Of a DNA stretch of 64,000 nt, positions 29,447 through 37,453 are shown piece after piece; position 1 is the first letter of the stretch; every line of letters starts with the position of its first letter. Under the pieces are notes generated by a model. The model saw nothing but the letters and a program-made list of their open reading frames with translations, was not told the origin of the DNA and made no database searches. The DNA lies in IMG/VR virus record IMGVR_UViG_2974620188_000001, positions 48,317-112,316 of that record; one strand, given 5' to 3'. Origin of the DNA: a virus. Lineage: Duplodnaviria > Heunggongvirae > Uroviricota > Caudoviricetes > Demerecviridae. The translations under genes were made by a program, and so were the position numbers.

Positions 29447-29896
29447 ATGAAGGCAGCTTTGCTTTTAGTAGCTGCCCTTACCTTCAGCTTTAGTAGTCAG
29501 GCATCGCACGATGCAAAAGAAATAGATTGCATTGCTAAAAATATCTATTTCGAAAGTCGTGGTGAGGGCATAAAGGGAATGACGGCGATTGCACATGTTA
29601 CTAAAAACCGTGTAAACTCCGGTAAATTCCCAGATTCCTACTGTAAAGTAGTATATCAGTCTAACCAGTTCTCTTGGGTATCTAAGAGACCAAAAGTTGA
29701 TAAAACTGATGAGGCTTGGCAAACCGCTAAGAATTTAGCTAGAGTGATATACTACGTTGATTTACCACAAGATCCTACATATGGAGCACTTTACTTCCAT
29801 AGTGGTAAAGATAAACCTTACTGGACAAAGAAGTTTAAGAAAACAACTAAGATTAAGGGACATACGTTTTATAAACCTGTTGTCACTAAAACTTAA
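29447..29896 (+). CDS. secreted cell-wall hydrolase (SleB / Hydrolase_2 family-like)
   Basis: Signal peptide MKAALLLVAALTFSFSSQA. CIAKNIYFESRGEGIKGMTAIAHVTKNRV matches the Hydrolase_2 signature (NIYxEARGE...AVAxVxxNR). ATG at 29447 with AGGAG upstream. Confidence 0.55.
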   Translation: MKAALLLVAALTFSFSSQASHDAKEIDCIAKNIYFESRGEGIKGMTAIAHVTKNRVNSGKFPDSYCKVVYQSNQFSWVSKRPKVDKTDEAWQTAKNLARVIYYVDLPQDPTYGALYFHSGKDKPYWTKKFKKTTKIKGHTFYKPVVTKT

Positions 29897-29904
29897 AAAT
29901 TTAC

Positions 29905-29933
29905 TTGCTTAAATACTTAAATTTCCGTATAAT
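29905..29933 (+). promoter_or_regulatory. T5-type early promoter
   Basis: TTGCTT-17 nt-TATAAT. Confidence 0.6.
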
Positions 29934-29964
29934 ACTTCCATAAATTAATGAGAGGAAGCGAAAT

Positions 29965-30135
29965 ATGAAATCAGTTGTAATTATTGGTGTTAACACTCGC
30001 GGTATTCGTACTACGAAAACTGTTAAAACTTCTAACGTTGCTGAAATCACTACGAACCCTAAAAAGTTTGATTTCGCCAAAGTCTCAGCAGTTATGACAG
30101 AACAATCTTTTAACCAAGCGTTAGGAATGAAATAA
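29965..30135 (+). CDS. hypothetical small protein (56 aa)
   Basis: MKSVVIIGVNTRGIRTTKTVK... with RBS GAGGAAG. Below the track cutoff. Confidence 0.4.
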   Translation: MKSVVIIGVNTRGIRTTKTVKTSNVAEITTNPKKFDFAKVSAVMTEQSFNQALGMK

Positions 30136-30578
30136 TGGAAGAGAATATTTTAGATGTTTTGCGTAGAGCTTTGCAGGATTCTAAGTTTAATGGTTCTGAT
30201 AAAGAAGTCGCTAAAAGCTATCAGACTATAATCGGGGATCTTCAGCGTATTGATAAAGATTTCATCACCTCTGAACAATTTGTGTCTTATCTCAAAGCTC
30301 AACTAAAAAGCATTAACCAGATGAAAGCTAAACTTCATGGTCAAGATCTTGATAGTTATAGCTTGCAGTCCGCTCAGTATGAATACATTCTAAATAGGTG
30401 GTTGCAGGAGTATCTGCCTCCTCAGTTATCTGATACTGAGATTCGTAAATACTTTGCAGAATTAGTTAAGCTAAACCCTGGAATTACAAAAGGTATGCTG
30501 ATGAAAGCGATTAAGGAAGAATTTCCTGGGCGTTATGATGGTGGTACTGCTGCTCAGATTGCTGGCGAATTTAATTAA
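30135..30578 (+). CDS. GatB/YqeY-domain protein
   Basis: 147 aa with C-terminal YqeY-like pattern (...LNPGITKGMLMKAIKEEFPGRYDGGTAAQIAGE). Confidence 0.5.
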   Translation: MEENILDVLRRALQDSKFNGSDKEVAKSYQTIIGDLQRIDKDFITSEQFVSYLKAQLKSINQMKAKLHGQDLDSYSLQSAQYEYILNRWLQEYLPPQLSDTEIRKYFAELVKLNPGITKGMLMKAIKEEFPGRYDGGTAAQIAGEFN

Positions 30579-30587
30579 AAATTTATT

Positions 30588-30616
30588 TGCTAAATGCTTA
30601 TAAATTCTGTATAATA
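30588..30616 (+). promoter_or_regulatory. T5-type early promoter driving a ~900-nt noncoding/tRNA transcript
   Basis: TTGCTA-17 nt-TATAAT. No ORF of 60 aa or more downstream until 31538. Confidence 0.55.
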
Positions 30617-30853
30617 TATTCATAAATTAGAGAACAGCGAGCCGATTACGCTGAACTTGTCTTAATGTAAGATGCGTCGAGCACTAAGATTCGTTGAATA
30701 GAGTCGGTGGGTTAGTTGTAAAACTAGTACACAGGGGGCGGTGATCCCGGTTAGTGGCTAGAACGTGTAAAATGAGGCGTCTGAAACCTCTCCCCTAAAC
30801 TCTTCTCTAATTTATAAATAGTGGGGTGTGGAAATCACTTATGTAGTAACACT

Positions 30854-30925
30854 GCCGTCCTAGTATAATTGGTATTATCAAGCCGTAACTGGTGGAAGAT
30901 GTAGGTTCGAATCCTACGGTCGGTA
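30854..30925 (+). tRNA. tRNA-like gene / possible tRNA pseudogene (anticodon unresolved)
   Basis: Canonical T-arm GTAGG-TTCGAAT-CCTAC, acceptor GCCGTCC/GGTCGGT (one U.U), D-loop AATTGGTA. No clean anticodon stem. Confidence 0.35.
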
Positions 30926-31428
30926 AGAACTGGATAACTGATGCTTTTAACGTAAAAGCTTCCGAGGTTAGTTGCGCACTGCCTAAACCACGCGGTAGTT
31001 GGTTCCAGACTAACCAACCAGTCTGCTGAATAGTTTTATTACGATTTAACTATGTCCAGACTAAAGAAGAACTTTAGAAGGTATTCTAGGATAGTGAAGT
31101 TCTTTCTTCATATCGGAGTAGTTTTTCAGGCTATCCATAAAGTGGGAAATGCTGACATGAGAGATGTCACTAATGGTGCACAATAGCACAGGTAATTCGC
31201 GATAACTCCTGTTGAGTAGCAGCAAAAGGTGGGAAGTCATGACCCCAAAGCCTAACCGAGTCCTCAATATACCGCAGGACATAACCACTAAGTCACCCTG
31301 ACTTAAACTGGAAAATAATAGACGTTACTGTATTTTGTCTTGAAATACTTAATGAGTGAGACTTATGACTCTCCCGGTATCGTCTGTATTTTTAAGAGTT
31401 TTTACGAGAGTTCTTAAAAATACTTAAA

Positions 31429-31500
31429 CGGGGTGTAGTCTAAGGGAGAGGCAGGAGTCTTCTAAATTCCTTTATGCAGGTTCGAATCCTGTCACCTCGG
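31429..31500 (+). tRNA. tRNA-Arg (anticodon UCU)
   Basis: Acceptor CGGGGTG/CACCTCG, T-arm GCAGG-TTCGAAT-CCTGT, anticodon stem GGAGT/ATTCC with loop CTTCTAA. Encoded CCA. Confidence 0.5.
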
Positions 31501-31537
31501 CCAATTTTATTAACTGTAACTAAAACAAAGGAAATAT

Positions 31538-32485
31538 ATGTTTGCTACTAAAAACACTAAAGAACTGACTTATGAGCAAAAATTAATGCGTAATATCAAA
31601 CGTTGGGGTATTGGTGCTGCAGTTGGTTTGGTAGGTTTAGTTCTGGCCCTTAACTCTTATACTGTTGTTCAAGACGGTACTGTTAAAACCCAGACTTTCC
31701 TGGGTAAAGTTGACCCTAGCCCAGTATTACCCGGCTTTCATATCGTAAATCCTTTTGCATCTTTCGATACTTTTAGTACTAAAGATATTGCTCTAAAATT
31801 AGATAAACTTCAGGTTCCTAGTCAGGATAAGTTTAAATCCACTGTTGACCTGACTGTTATGTTGCAGTTTGATGGTTCTAAGGCACCGATTAACCGTATT
31901 AATGCAGGTACTCAGGACCAGGCGCTAGACAAGTATGTAACTGAAAAATTACTGTCTACTATTCGTGAGTTTGGTAAGTCTGTACCTAAAGCACAAGATT
32001 TGTTTGATGCTAAAATTCAGGCTCAATTGCAAACTGCAATTCAACAGGAAGTTGAAGAGTATGCACGCCCATATGGTTACACAGTTAAGCAGGTGTTTCT
32101 TCAGGATATTACTTTGCCACCGGTAATCATGGAACAGGTACAGAATACCAAAGTTCGTGAAGAACAGGTTAATGCTGCGAAAGCTGAACTGGCTCGCGTT
32201 GAACAGGAAGCACAGCAAAAAGTTAAACAAGCAGAAGCAGACCGTGAAGCTCGCAACAACCAAGCTATTGCCAATGAACGTGATGCAGATGCTAAACTGT
32301 ACGCAGCTAAGAAAGAAGCTGAAGCTAACGCCGCATTGCAACGTACCATTACTCCTGAGATGATTCGTTGGAAGCAATTGGAAGTCGAAATGATTCGTGC
32401 TCAGAAATATCAAGGTGGTGTACCTCAGACTGTGGTAGGTACTGGCTACGATGGTCAAATGATCATGGATATGCGTAATAAATAA
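31538..32485 (+). CDS. SPFH/band-7 (HflC/prohibitin-like) membrane protein
   Basis: N-terminal TM (WGIGAAVGLVGLVLAL), SPFH core and a long Ala/Glu/Gln coiled-coil tail. Confidence 0.6.
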   Translation: MFATKNTKELTYEQKLMRNIKRWGIGAAVGLVGLVLALNSYTVVQDGTVKTQTFLGKVDPSPVLPGFHIVNPFASFDTFSTKDIALKLDKLQVPSQDKFKSTVDLTVMLQFDGSKAPINRINAGTQDQALDKYVTEKLLSTIREFGKSVPKAQDLFDAKIQAQLQTAIQQEVEEYARPYGYTVKQVFLQDITLPPVIMEQVQNTKVREEQVNAAKAELARVEQEAQQKVKQAEADREARNNQAIANERDADAKLYAAKKEAEANAALQRTITPEMIRWKQLEVEMIRAQKYQGGVPQTVVGTGYDGQMIMDMRNK

Positions 32486-32509
32486 TATCCGCACGTAACA
32501 TCTGAAGTA

Positions 32510-32545
32510 AGCCCTGCGTTCCCTGGAGAGCGCAGGGCTTTTCTG
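32510..32545 (+). terminator. rho-independent terminator
   Basis: AGCCCTGCG...CGCAGGGCT hairpin + TTTTCT. Confidence 0.6.
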
Positions 32546-32563
32546 TATTTAAGATAAAAGAAA

Positions 32564-32599
32564 AGCCCCTAAGTCTTTCGACTAGGGGCTTTATTGTTT
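32564..32599. terminator. bidirectional hairpin terminator between convergent genes
   Basis: AGCCCCTAAGTC...GACTAGGGGCT with T-run on plus and A-run upstream for minus. Confidence 0.5.
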
Positions 32600-32809
32600 G
32601 GTTCCTTAGAACCATATACTCTTATTACAGCAACCACCCATACGGGAGGCCAATCTTGACTGAAAATCTACTCTAGGGGGCAGGATAAGAGTAGGCTTAA
32701 AGGCAAAGGGATTGAACGCCGGTATTTGTGTAAACATTGCTGGAGAGCAACAACGTGCTACAGGCATTGGGCAGCACGAAACAGATTTTCTGCAACACAT
32801 AATTTCTCC

Positions 32810-33226
32810 TTAGGAGTTATTACCACCATTTTGAGCTTTTGCAACTTGGCTTTGGCAGAAGCTATTAAACTTACCCATAAGTGATACAAGCTGTTTCCCA
32901 TCCTCTGTCTTTGCGAAGTCTTCGAAAAGGGCTAGTACTGCCTGTCCTTCCGCAGAAACCTGCGGTTGTTGGGTTTGTTGCTGAACTTGCTGCTGAGGCA
33001 CCTGTTGCTGCATTTGTTGAGGCATTTGCGACTGCCCGCTCATTTGCTGCATCATTTGCATAGGACTCACACTTCCAGGGTTTTGCTGGAGTTGTTGCTG
33101 CATCTGTTGCGCTTCTGCTAAACGCTGTTGCAATTGTTGTAAGTAGGGGTTATCCAGACCCGGAATGGGCTGCTGGGAGCCCATACTTTGATTAAGTCCG
33201 TTATTTACAAAACCATATTTACTCAT
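32810..33226 (-). CDS. Gln-rich hypothetical protein (138 aa)
   Basis: Minus-strand ORF with RBS GGAGG; strongly Q-rich low-complexity core. Confidence 0.5.
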   Translation of the reverse strand: MSKYGFVNNGLNQSMGSQQPIPGLDNPYLQQLQQRLAEAQQMQQQLQQNPGSVSPMQMMQQMSGQSQMPQQMQQQVPQQQVQQQTQQPQVSAEGQAVLALFEDFAKTEDGKQLVSLMGKFNSFCQSQVAKAQNGGNNS

Positions 33227-33247
33227 AATGGGCTCCTCCCCTTAATA

Positions 33248-34234
33248 TTAAGCCGGCAGTTTAGCCTGCAGACCAGCCAGAGTCTGAGTGATAGCACCAA
33301 GACTTACAGCGATTTGATTAATTACCTGACCGTTAGCACCGTTACCCGCAGCGATTGCTTCACGTAGGCGACATGCATCTAACTCATCCTGAATACGAGC
33401 AGTAGTTACACCAGCGATCGCAGTCTGAAGTTCACAGCAACATTCAGCGATCTGACGTTCCAGAGAGTTCTGGTTAGCACACATCTGAGCCTGAACAGCG
33501 GCAAACTGGTTATTAGTTTGTAAAGTCTGCTGGAAAGCGATCTGTGCAGAATCAAACTTATCTTGTGCACGAGCTATCTGGTTAGCTGCGAAAGATTGAT
33601 CAATCTGGCGAGAAAGATCGAACTGACCCTGAATAACGTTGCGAGTTTCCTGACAGATCTGATTAGACAGATTAGCACCTGTACCATAGATCGTAGTTAG
33701 TACAGACTGAGTATCACGGCTCTGGTTTTGGGATGTCTGGCTAAAACCATTGTTAACTGCGCTTAAAACAGCTCCAGTACCCTGATTAGCTTCTGTACGA
33801 GTAGTGTTAATAGCTGCTAGAATACTAGCGGTATCTTGGTTCTGAAGTACTGCATCGACTGCGGTACCTTCACCAACTACACCACGTCCGCCGAATCCAC
33901 CGAAACCACCGAATCCGCCGGTTAATAGAGCGCCGATTAGGATAGCTCCGAATAGTCCCATACCTTCACCACCGAAAGCACTTGCGTTTGCTGGGTAACC
34001 ACCCAGTAGGCCAGGGAAGCCACTAGTGAATACGTTTACTGGTTCTTGCATTTTATGTTTTCCATATTTATGACAATGTTCATCATCGTCATCTTCTTCA
34101 TCATCGTGTTCACGATGTTTTTCTTCGTAGGCTCTGACCTTCTCCCACTTTTTCTTATCTGATTCCTCGTGGCGGTGCAATTCTGCTGCAACGCTAGCGA
34201 CGGTCTCAGGACTCTTAGTTACTTCTTCTGTCAT
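33248..34234 (-). CDS. Gly-rich / acidic hypothetical protein with a hydrophobic segment (328 aa)
   Basis: ATG at 34234 behind RBS AGGAGGTG (the track start at 34294 lacks an RBS). Contains DDEEDDDDE, GMGLFGAILIGALLTGGFGGFGGFGG, and a Cys cluster CCCE. Confidence 0.55.
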   Translation of the reverse strand: MTEEVTKSPETVASVAAELHRHEESDKKKWEKVRAYEEKHREHDDEEDDDDEHCHKYGKHKMQEPVNVFTSGFPGLLGGYPANASAFGGEGMGLFGAILIGALLTGGFGGFGGFGGRGVVGEGTAVDAVLQNQDTASILAAINTTRTEANQGTGAVLSAVNNGFSQTSQNQSRDTQSVLTTIYGTGANLSNQICQETRNVIQGQFDLSRQIDQSFAANQIARAQDKFDSAQIAFQQTLQTNNQFAAVQAQMCANQNSLERQIAECCCELQTAIAGVTTARIQDELDACRLREAIAAGNGANGQVINQIAVSLGAITQTLAGLQAKLPA

Positions 34235-34441
34235 TTTTTGACACCTCCTAGTATATAGAAAATGTGTGTCTCTTTGATCACTCATCCATAACATATACTT
34301 TACACTACCCTAGCGAAAATGTCAAGGGGTCTTTAAAAATTGCCCCCGGATTTTTAGTGGGGGCACAAATTTTGGTCCTCACCACTTATCTGCTACCCTT
34401 AAGTGCCATATGATTTTCCTCTAAAAAATTAAAAAATTCAA

Positions 34442-34470
34442 TTGCTTGAATGCTAAATTCTCTGTATAAT
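34442..34470 (+). promoter_or_regulatory. T5-type early promoter
   Basis: TTGCTT-17 nt-TATAAT; the track ORF start at 34450 lies inside this promoter. Confidence 0.6.
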
Positions 34471-34500
34471 ATATCTATAAATTTGAGAGAGGAATCAGAT

Positions 34501-35019
34501 ATGAATGTTGATGAGCTAACACAGCACCTCTTATCTAGAGGATTTGATACAAATAAATATCATTGCTGGTTAAGTCCGGAAGGATGGCTAACAGTCCCGT
34601 TGTATGACTTCTCTGGGATGTTGAGAGGCTATCAGACTTATAATCCTTCTGCTCCAAAAGGTCATGGTAAGTGCCCCTTTGAAGCTAGATATTTTACTTA
34701 TTCTACTACACAGTGTGTATGGGGACTAGAAACTCTCAATGGAGATGAAAAAGTAGTATTGATCGCTGAATCTGTATTTAAGGCAGTTGCGTTACATAAC
34801 GCTGGTTATCCAGCCCTAGCAATGTTGGGTTCTTCTCCAGGAAAAGCGTTATTAAAGCAACTGAAATTATTACCTTTTAAATTGGTAGCTGTCGGGGATA
34901 ATGATCCTGCGGGTGAAAAATTTGCTAGAAAATTAAACGGCTTTGTTTCTCCTGTAGATGTAGATGAGATGTCTACCGAAAACTTGAAAAATTTTCTTGC
35001 TATGAAGCTAAATTTCTAA
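34501..35019 (+). CDS. TOPRIM-domain protein (172 aa), distinct from the primase
   Basis: ATG at 34501 behind GAGAGAGG. VLIAESVF (catalytic E) and LVAVGDNDPAGEKFARKL (DxD) match a TOPRIM fold; no zinc finger. Confidence 0.5.
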   Translation: MNVDELTQHLLSRGFDTNKYHCWLSPEGWLTVPLYDFSGMLRGYQTYNPSAPKGHGKCPFEARYFTYSTTQCVWGLETLNGDEKVVLIAESVFKAVALHNAGYPALAMLGSSPGKALLKQLKLLPFKLVAVGDNDPAGEKFARKLNGFVSPVDVDEMSTENLKNFLAMKLNF

Positions 35020-35025
35020 TATAAT
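34997..35025 (+). promoter_or_regulatory. T5-type early promoter overlapping the 3' end of the TOPRIM gene; drives the tRNA block
   Basis: TTGCTA-17 nt-TATAAT. Confidence 0.55.
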
Positions 35026-35040
35026 ATATCTTATAAATTC

Positions 35041-35126
35041 GGAAGAATAGCATAACGGTATTGCAGCAGATTGCTAATCTGTCGGTTTGAAATATAGCCT
35101 TGTGGGTTCGATTCCCACTTCTTCCG
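35041..35126 (+). tRNA. tRNA-Ser (anticodon GCU), class II
   Basis: Acceptor GGAAGAA/TTCTTCC, anticodon stem GCAGA/TCTGT with loop TTGCTAA, long variable arm, T-arm GTGGG-TTCGATT-CCCAC, encoded GCCA. Confidence 0.7.
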
Positions 35127-35135
35127 CCAAATTCT

Positions 35136-35210
35136 GGTTCTCAAGCTCATATGGTATGAGCACCCGGCTCATAACCGGAAGGTACGTAGGTTCGAATCCT
35201 CGGGGAGCCA
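35136..35210 (+). tRNA. tRNA-Met-like (anticodon CAU), imperfect T-stem
   Basis: Acceptor GGTTCTC/GGGAGCC, D-arm GCTC-ATATGGTAT-GAGC, anticodon stem CCCGG/CCGGA with loop CTCATAA, T-stem GTAGG/CCTCG with 2 mismatches. Encoded ACCA. Confidence 0.5.
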
Positions 35211-35234
35211 CCAGCTTAATTAGAGAGGTTACAA

Positions 35235-35423
35235 GTGGAACTATACCTAGTTTGTGTTGTGTTTATTCCAGATAGGGAATACCCGGATGAATATAAAAAA
35301 GGATATAGGTTAGCCAGGGCTACCTCTGAAGCTCAGGCTATGGATAAAGTGGCAGATTATATGATTATGGTAGAAAACGTACACTATATCGACTCCCTTG
35401 AAGCCTCAAAAGTAATTGAATAA
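35235..35423 (+). CDS. hypothetical protein (62 aa)
   Basis: GTG start with RBS AGAGG. Confidence 0.45.
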   Translation: MELYLVCVVFIPDREYPDEYKKGYRLARATSEAQAMDKVADYMIMVENVHYIDSLEASKVIE

Positions 35424-35432
35424 GGAAACTAT

Positions 35433-35618
35433 ATGTCTAAGTTTCAAGAACTCAAGCAAGAGCTAGAAGAATGTGCCTGTCCTGACTGTCTAGGAGTTGG
35501 GGAAGCCTCTGATGCAGAAGCAGGAGATACTTTTTGTAATATCTGGGTTTGTCCTACATGCAAAGGCACAGGCATTAATCCTACCTGTGGTATTTCTCTA
35601 GATATTGAACGAGGATAA
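35433..35618 (+). CDS. zinc-ribbon protein (61 aa)
   Basis: CxxC...CxxC pattern (CACPDC...CPTCKG) with RBS AAGGAAAC. Confidence 0.5.
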   Translation: MSKFQELKQELEECACPDCLGVGEASDAEAGDTFCNIWVCPTCKGTGINPTCGISLDIERG

Positions 35619-35623
35619 TACCT

Positions 35624-35713
35624 GTGAAACTAAAAGATTATTATATTGGTTGGTTTGTGGGACTAGTAGTAGGATTTTCACTAGGCTATAATATGTATCA
35701 ACTAATAAACTGA
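35624..35713 (+). CDS. putative 29-aa hydrophobic peptide
   Basis: GTG start with GAGGA 9 nt upstream. Sequence VKLKDYYIGWFVGLVVGFSLGYNMYQLIN. Confidence 0.25.
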   Translation: MKLKDYYIGWFVGLVVGFSLGYNMYQLIN

Positions 35714-35719
35714 TTACAT

Positions 35720-35793
35720 GGGGGTGTAATCGAATTGGCATAGGTACTGGACTTAAAATTCAGGTTTTGTGGGTTCGAATCCCACCACCCCTA
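35720..35793 (+). tRNA. tRNA with anticodon UAA (Leu-type anticodon, class I)
   Basis: Acceptor GGGGGTG/CACCCCT, anticodon stem CTGGA/TTCAG with loop CTTAAAA, short variable GTTTT, T-arm GTGGG-TTCGAAT-CCCAC. Encoded ACCA. Confidence 0.5.
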
Positions 35794-35811
35794 CCAAATT
35801 AAGGAAATAAG

Positions 35812-35979
35812 ATGTATAGACATCCACCTCCGCCAACACGTCGTTCTAGAGAAGTTATCCTCATGGAATTGACTAAAAATTTCAAGGCAACTCTTGAAGA
35901 TAGAGATCTAGGTACAGATGAAGACGTTGATTTCATTTGTAAACTACTAAAAATGAAGCTGGAGAAACATCATGGCTAA
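35812..35979 (+). CDS. hypothetical Pro/Arg-rich small protein (55 aa)
   Basis: RBS AAGGAAATAAG; overlaps the start of the next gene. Confidence 0.4.
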   Translation: MYRHPPPPTRRSREVILMELTKNFKATLEDRDLGTDEDVDFICKLLKMKLEKHHG

Positions 35980-36178
35980 CCGTGAAATTACCATGCAACG
36001 ATTCATGGCTAAAGGCATGATAGCCGAGGCAGGCATTGAACAAGAAGTAAAAAGTTATTACGAACAGATTAAGGATATTATAGACTCTGCTAAAAACACC
36101 GGAGAAAAAGAACACGGTGCAGCAATTATGGCTATAACTCTTATTAGCCTAGACTTAGCTGAAGAATCTGGAGTTTAG
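35972..36178 (+). CDS. hypothetical protein (68 aa)
   Basis: ORF overlapping the upstream small ORF. Confidence 0.5.
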   Translation: MANREITMQRFMAKGMIAEAGIEQEVKSYYEQIKDIIDSAKNTGEKEHGAAIMAITLISLDLAEESGV

Positions 36179-36208
36179 CTCCTCCAAACAGAATTTTTAA
36201 AAATGTAC

Positions 36209-36238
36209 TTGCCTTTTGCTTTAAATTTCTGATATAAT
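36209..36238 (+). promoter_or_regulatory. T5-type early promoter
   Basis: TTGCCT-18 nt-TATAAT. Confidence 0.55.
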
Positions 36239-36268
36239 AGTTGTATAAATTGATGAAGGAGTTAACGA

Positions 36269-36544
36269 ATGCAAAATCGTGTTGTAGCAACTGGTATTGA
36301 AAGTGCAATCTGCAAATCCTGGGAAGACTGGGAAGGTGAGATTGAGTGGCTCTATCTCTATAACGTAGAGCTTTTACCGGAAGTTAAAGCTAAATGTATT
36401 GAAGCTGGCATGGCTCCAGATGCAAAAGCTGATATTGATATTTTAATGTCTGAACTTAAAGGTCGTGTAATTACTGTTAGTGATGAGGGCGAAGAAATCT
36501 TCGAACTTCCATTCTCCTTAACTGTCACTCCTAAGTTCGACTAA
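36269..36544 (+). CDS. hypothetical protein (91 aa)
   Basis: ORF with RBS GAAGGAG. Confidence 0.55.
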   Translation: MQNRVVATGIESAICKSWEDWEGEIEWLYLYNVELLPEVKAKCIEAGMAPDAKADIDILMSELKGRVITVSDEGEEIFELPFSLTVTPKFD

Positions 36545-36551
36545 CTAATAC

Positions 36552-36609
36552 AGCACTGAGCAAGTTCTTTAAAATTTGACTTGCTCAGTGCCTTAAAACT
36601 TAGTATAAT
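36552..36609 (+). promoter_or_regulatory. terminator-like 12-bp inverted repeat overlapping the -35 of a T5-type promoter
   Basis: GCACTGAGCAAG (36552-36563) / CTTGCTCAGTGC (36579-36590) forms a hairpin that sequesters TTGCTC (36581-36586). TATAAT at 36604-36609. Confidence 0.5.
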
Positions 36610-36672
36610 AGTTATCTAATTCGGAAACATATCTAAAAGTGTTTAAACTAGTATTTGAATACTTTTAAATAT

Positions 36673-36760
36673 GTTGGATTAGTATCGTAGAGGTAGCGAA
36701 GCAGACTGTAAATCTGCCGACTCGGAAGGGTCTCGGGTGGTTCGACTCCATCATCCAACA
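36673..36760 (+). tRNA. tRNA-Tyr (anticodon GUA), class II
   Basis: Acceptor GTTGGAT/ATCCAAC, anticodon stem GCAGA/TCTGC with loop CTGTAAA, 18-nt variable arm, T-arm GGTGG-TTCGACT-CCATC, ACCA. Confidence 0.7.
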
Positions 36761-36770
36761 CCAAATTTAA

Positions 36771-36844
36771 GTCCTGTTAGACAAACTGGTAAAGTCACTA
36801 CCCTTTCAAGGTAGGATTTGCGGGTTCGATCCCCGCACAGGACG
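36771..36844 (+). tRNA. tRNA-Glu (anticodon UUC)
   Basis: Acceptor GTCCTGT/ACAGGAC, anticodon stem CTACC/GGTAG with loop CTTTCAA, T-arm GCGGG-TTCGATC-CCCGC, GCCA. Confidence 0.7.
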
Positions 36845-36855
36845 CCAATTTCTGC

Positions 36856-36929
36856 ATTCCTAGAGTGTTACTGGACAGCATGTCGGTCTCCAAAACCGTA
36901 CGGTCTAGGTTCGAGTCCTAGTAGGTTTG
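36856..36929 (+). tRNA. tRNA-Trp (anticodon CCA), weak acceptor stem
   Basis: Anticodon stem TCGGT/ACCGT with loop CTCCAAA, T-arm CTAGG-TTCGAGT-CCTAG, 3' TAGGTTT-G-CCA. The 5' acceptor ATTCCTA pairs only 5/7. Confidence 0.45.
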
Positions 36930-36938
36930 CCAAAATTT

Positions 36939-37010
36939 GCACCTTTAGCTGAGATGGATTAGCGCTTGCCTGAAGAGCTTGAGAGGTTCGTTCGATACGA
37001 ACAGGGTGCA
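36939..37010 (+). tRNA. tRNA-Phe (anticodon GAA) (alternative fold gives Gln-CUG)
   Basis: Acceptor GCACCTT/AGGGTGC, D-arm GCTG-AGATGGAT-TAGC, anticodon loop CTGAAGA on a stem with two U.U pairs, T-arm GTTCG-TTCGATA-CGAAC, ACCA. Confidence 0.5.
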
Positions 37011-37030
37011 CCAAATTAAGGGAGCTGCTG

Positions 37031-37294
37031 ATGCATCCTGAAAACTTCTTTATTTACTGCGCGGATAAGTCGCTGAAACGTAGAATTAACAAAGTCTATC
37101 ATTATCGTGCTAGTCAACAGCCTTATGTATACGCTTTTGACGGTGATCACATTCCATTAGAACAATTATCTTGTGATTACATGATATTGAAGAACTTTGA
37201 CGAGACAAAGATCTCAAGCGTTCATAATCGACAGAATCCATTAACGTGGAAATATAAGAAGAAAAAGAAAGGCATCAAATTCTTAAAAATGTAG
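37031..37294 (+). CDS. hypothetical protein (87 aa)
   Basis: ORF with RBS AAGGGAG. Confidence 0.5.
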   Translation: MHPENFFIYCADKSLKRRINKVYHYRASQQPYVYAFDGDHIPLEQLSCDYMILKNFDETKISSVHNRQNPLTWKYKKKKKGIKFLKM

Positions 37295-37323
37295 TTGCTT
37301 AGTTTCCAAAAGTTCTGTATAAT
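37295..37323 (+). promoter_or_regulatory. T5-type early promoter
   Basis: TTGCTT-17 nt-TATAAT with leader CATAAATTGAACTGGAG. Confidence 0.6.
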
Positions 37324-37370
37324 AATTACATAAATTGAACTGGAGAAGCAACATGACAGAACAAGATAAA

Positions 37371-37443
37371 CCGACCGTTGGCTGAATGGCTTAGGCGAAG
37401 GATTGCAAATCCTTTTTATGTGAGTTCAAATCTCATGCGGTCG
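37371..37443 (+). tRNA. tRNA-Cys (anticodon GCA)
   Basis: Acceptor CGACCGT/GCGGTCG, anticodon stem AAGGA/TCCTT with loop TTGCAAA, T-arm GTGAG-TTCAAAT-CTCAT, TCCA. Confidence 0.7.
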
Positions 37444-37453
37444 TCCAAATTTT

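Noticed and set aside
31061-31288. 75-aa minus-strand ORF in the 30.6-31.5 kb noncoding region (also 30835..31017)
   Set aside because: No RBS, overlaps strong RNA hairpins and runs antisense to the promoter-driven transcript. Likely chance ORFs.
34450-34500. Track start at 34450 for the TOPRIM-domain ORF, and similarly 55481 and 53069
   Set aside because: These starts fall inside the promoter -10 or conserved leader (the ATG within ...TTGATGAGAGG). The downstream ATG with proper SD spacing is used instead.
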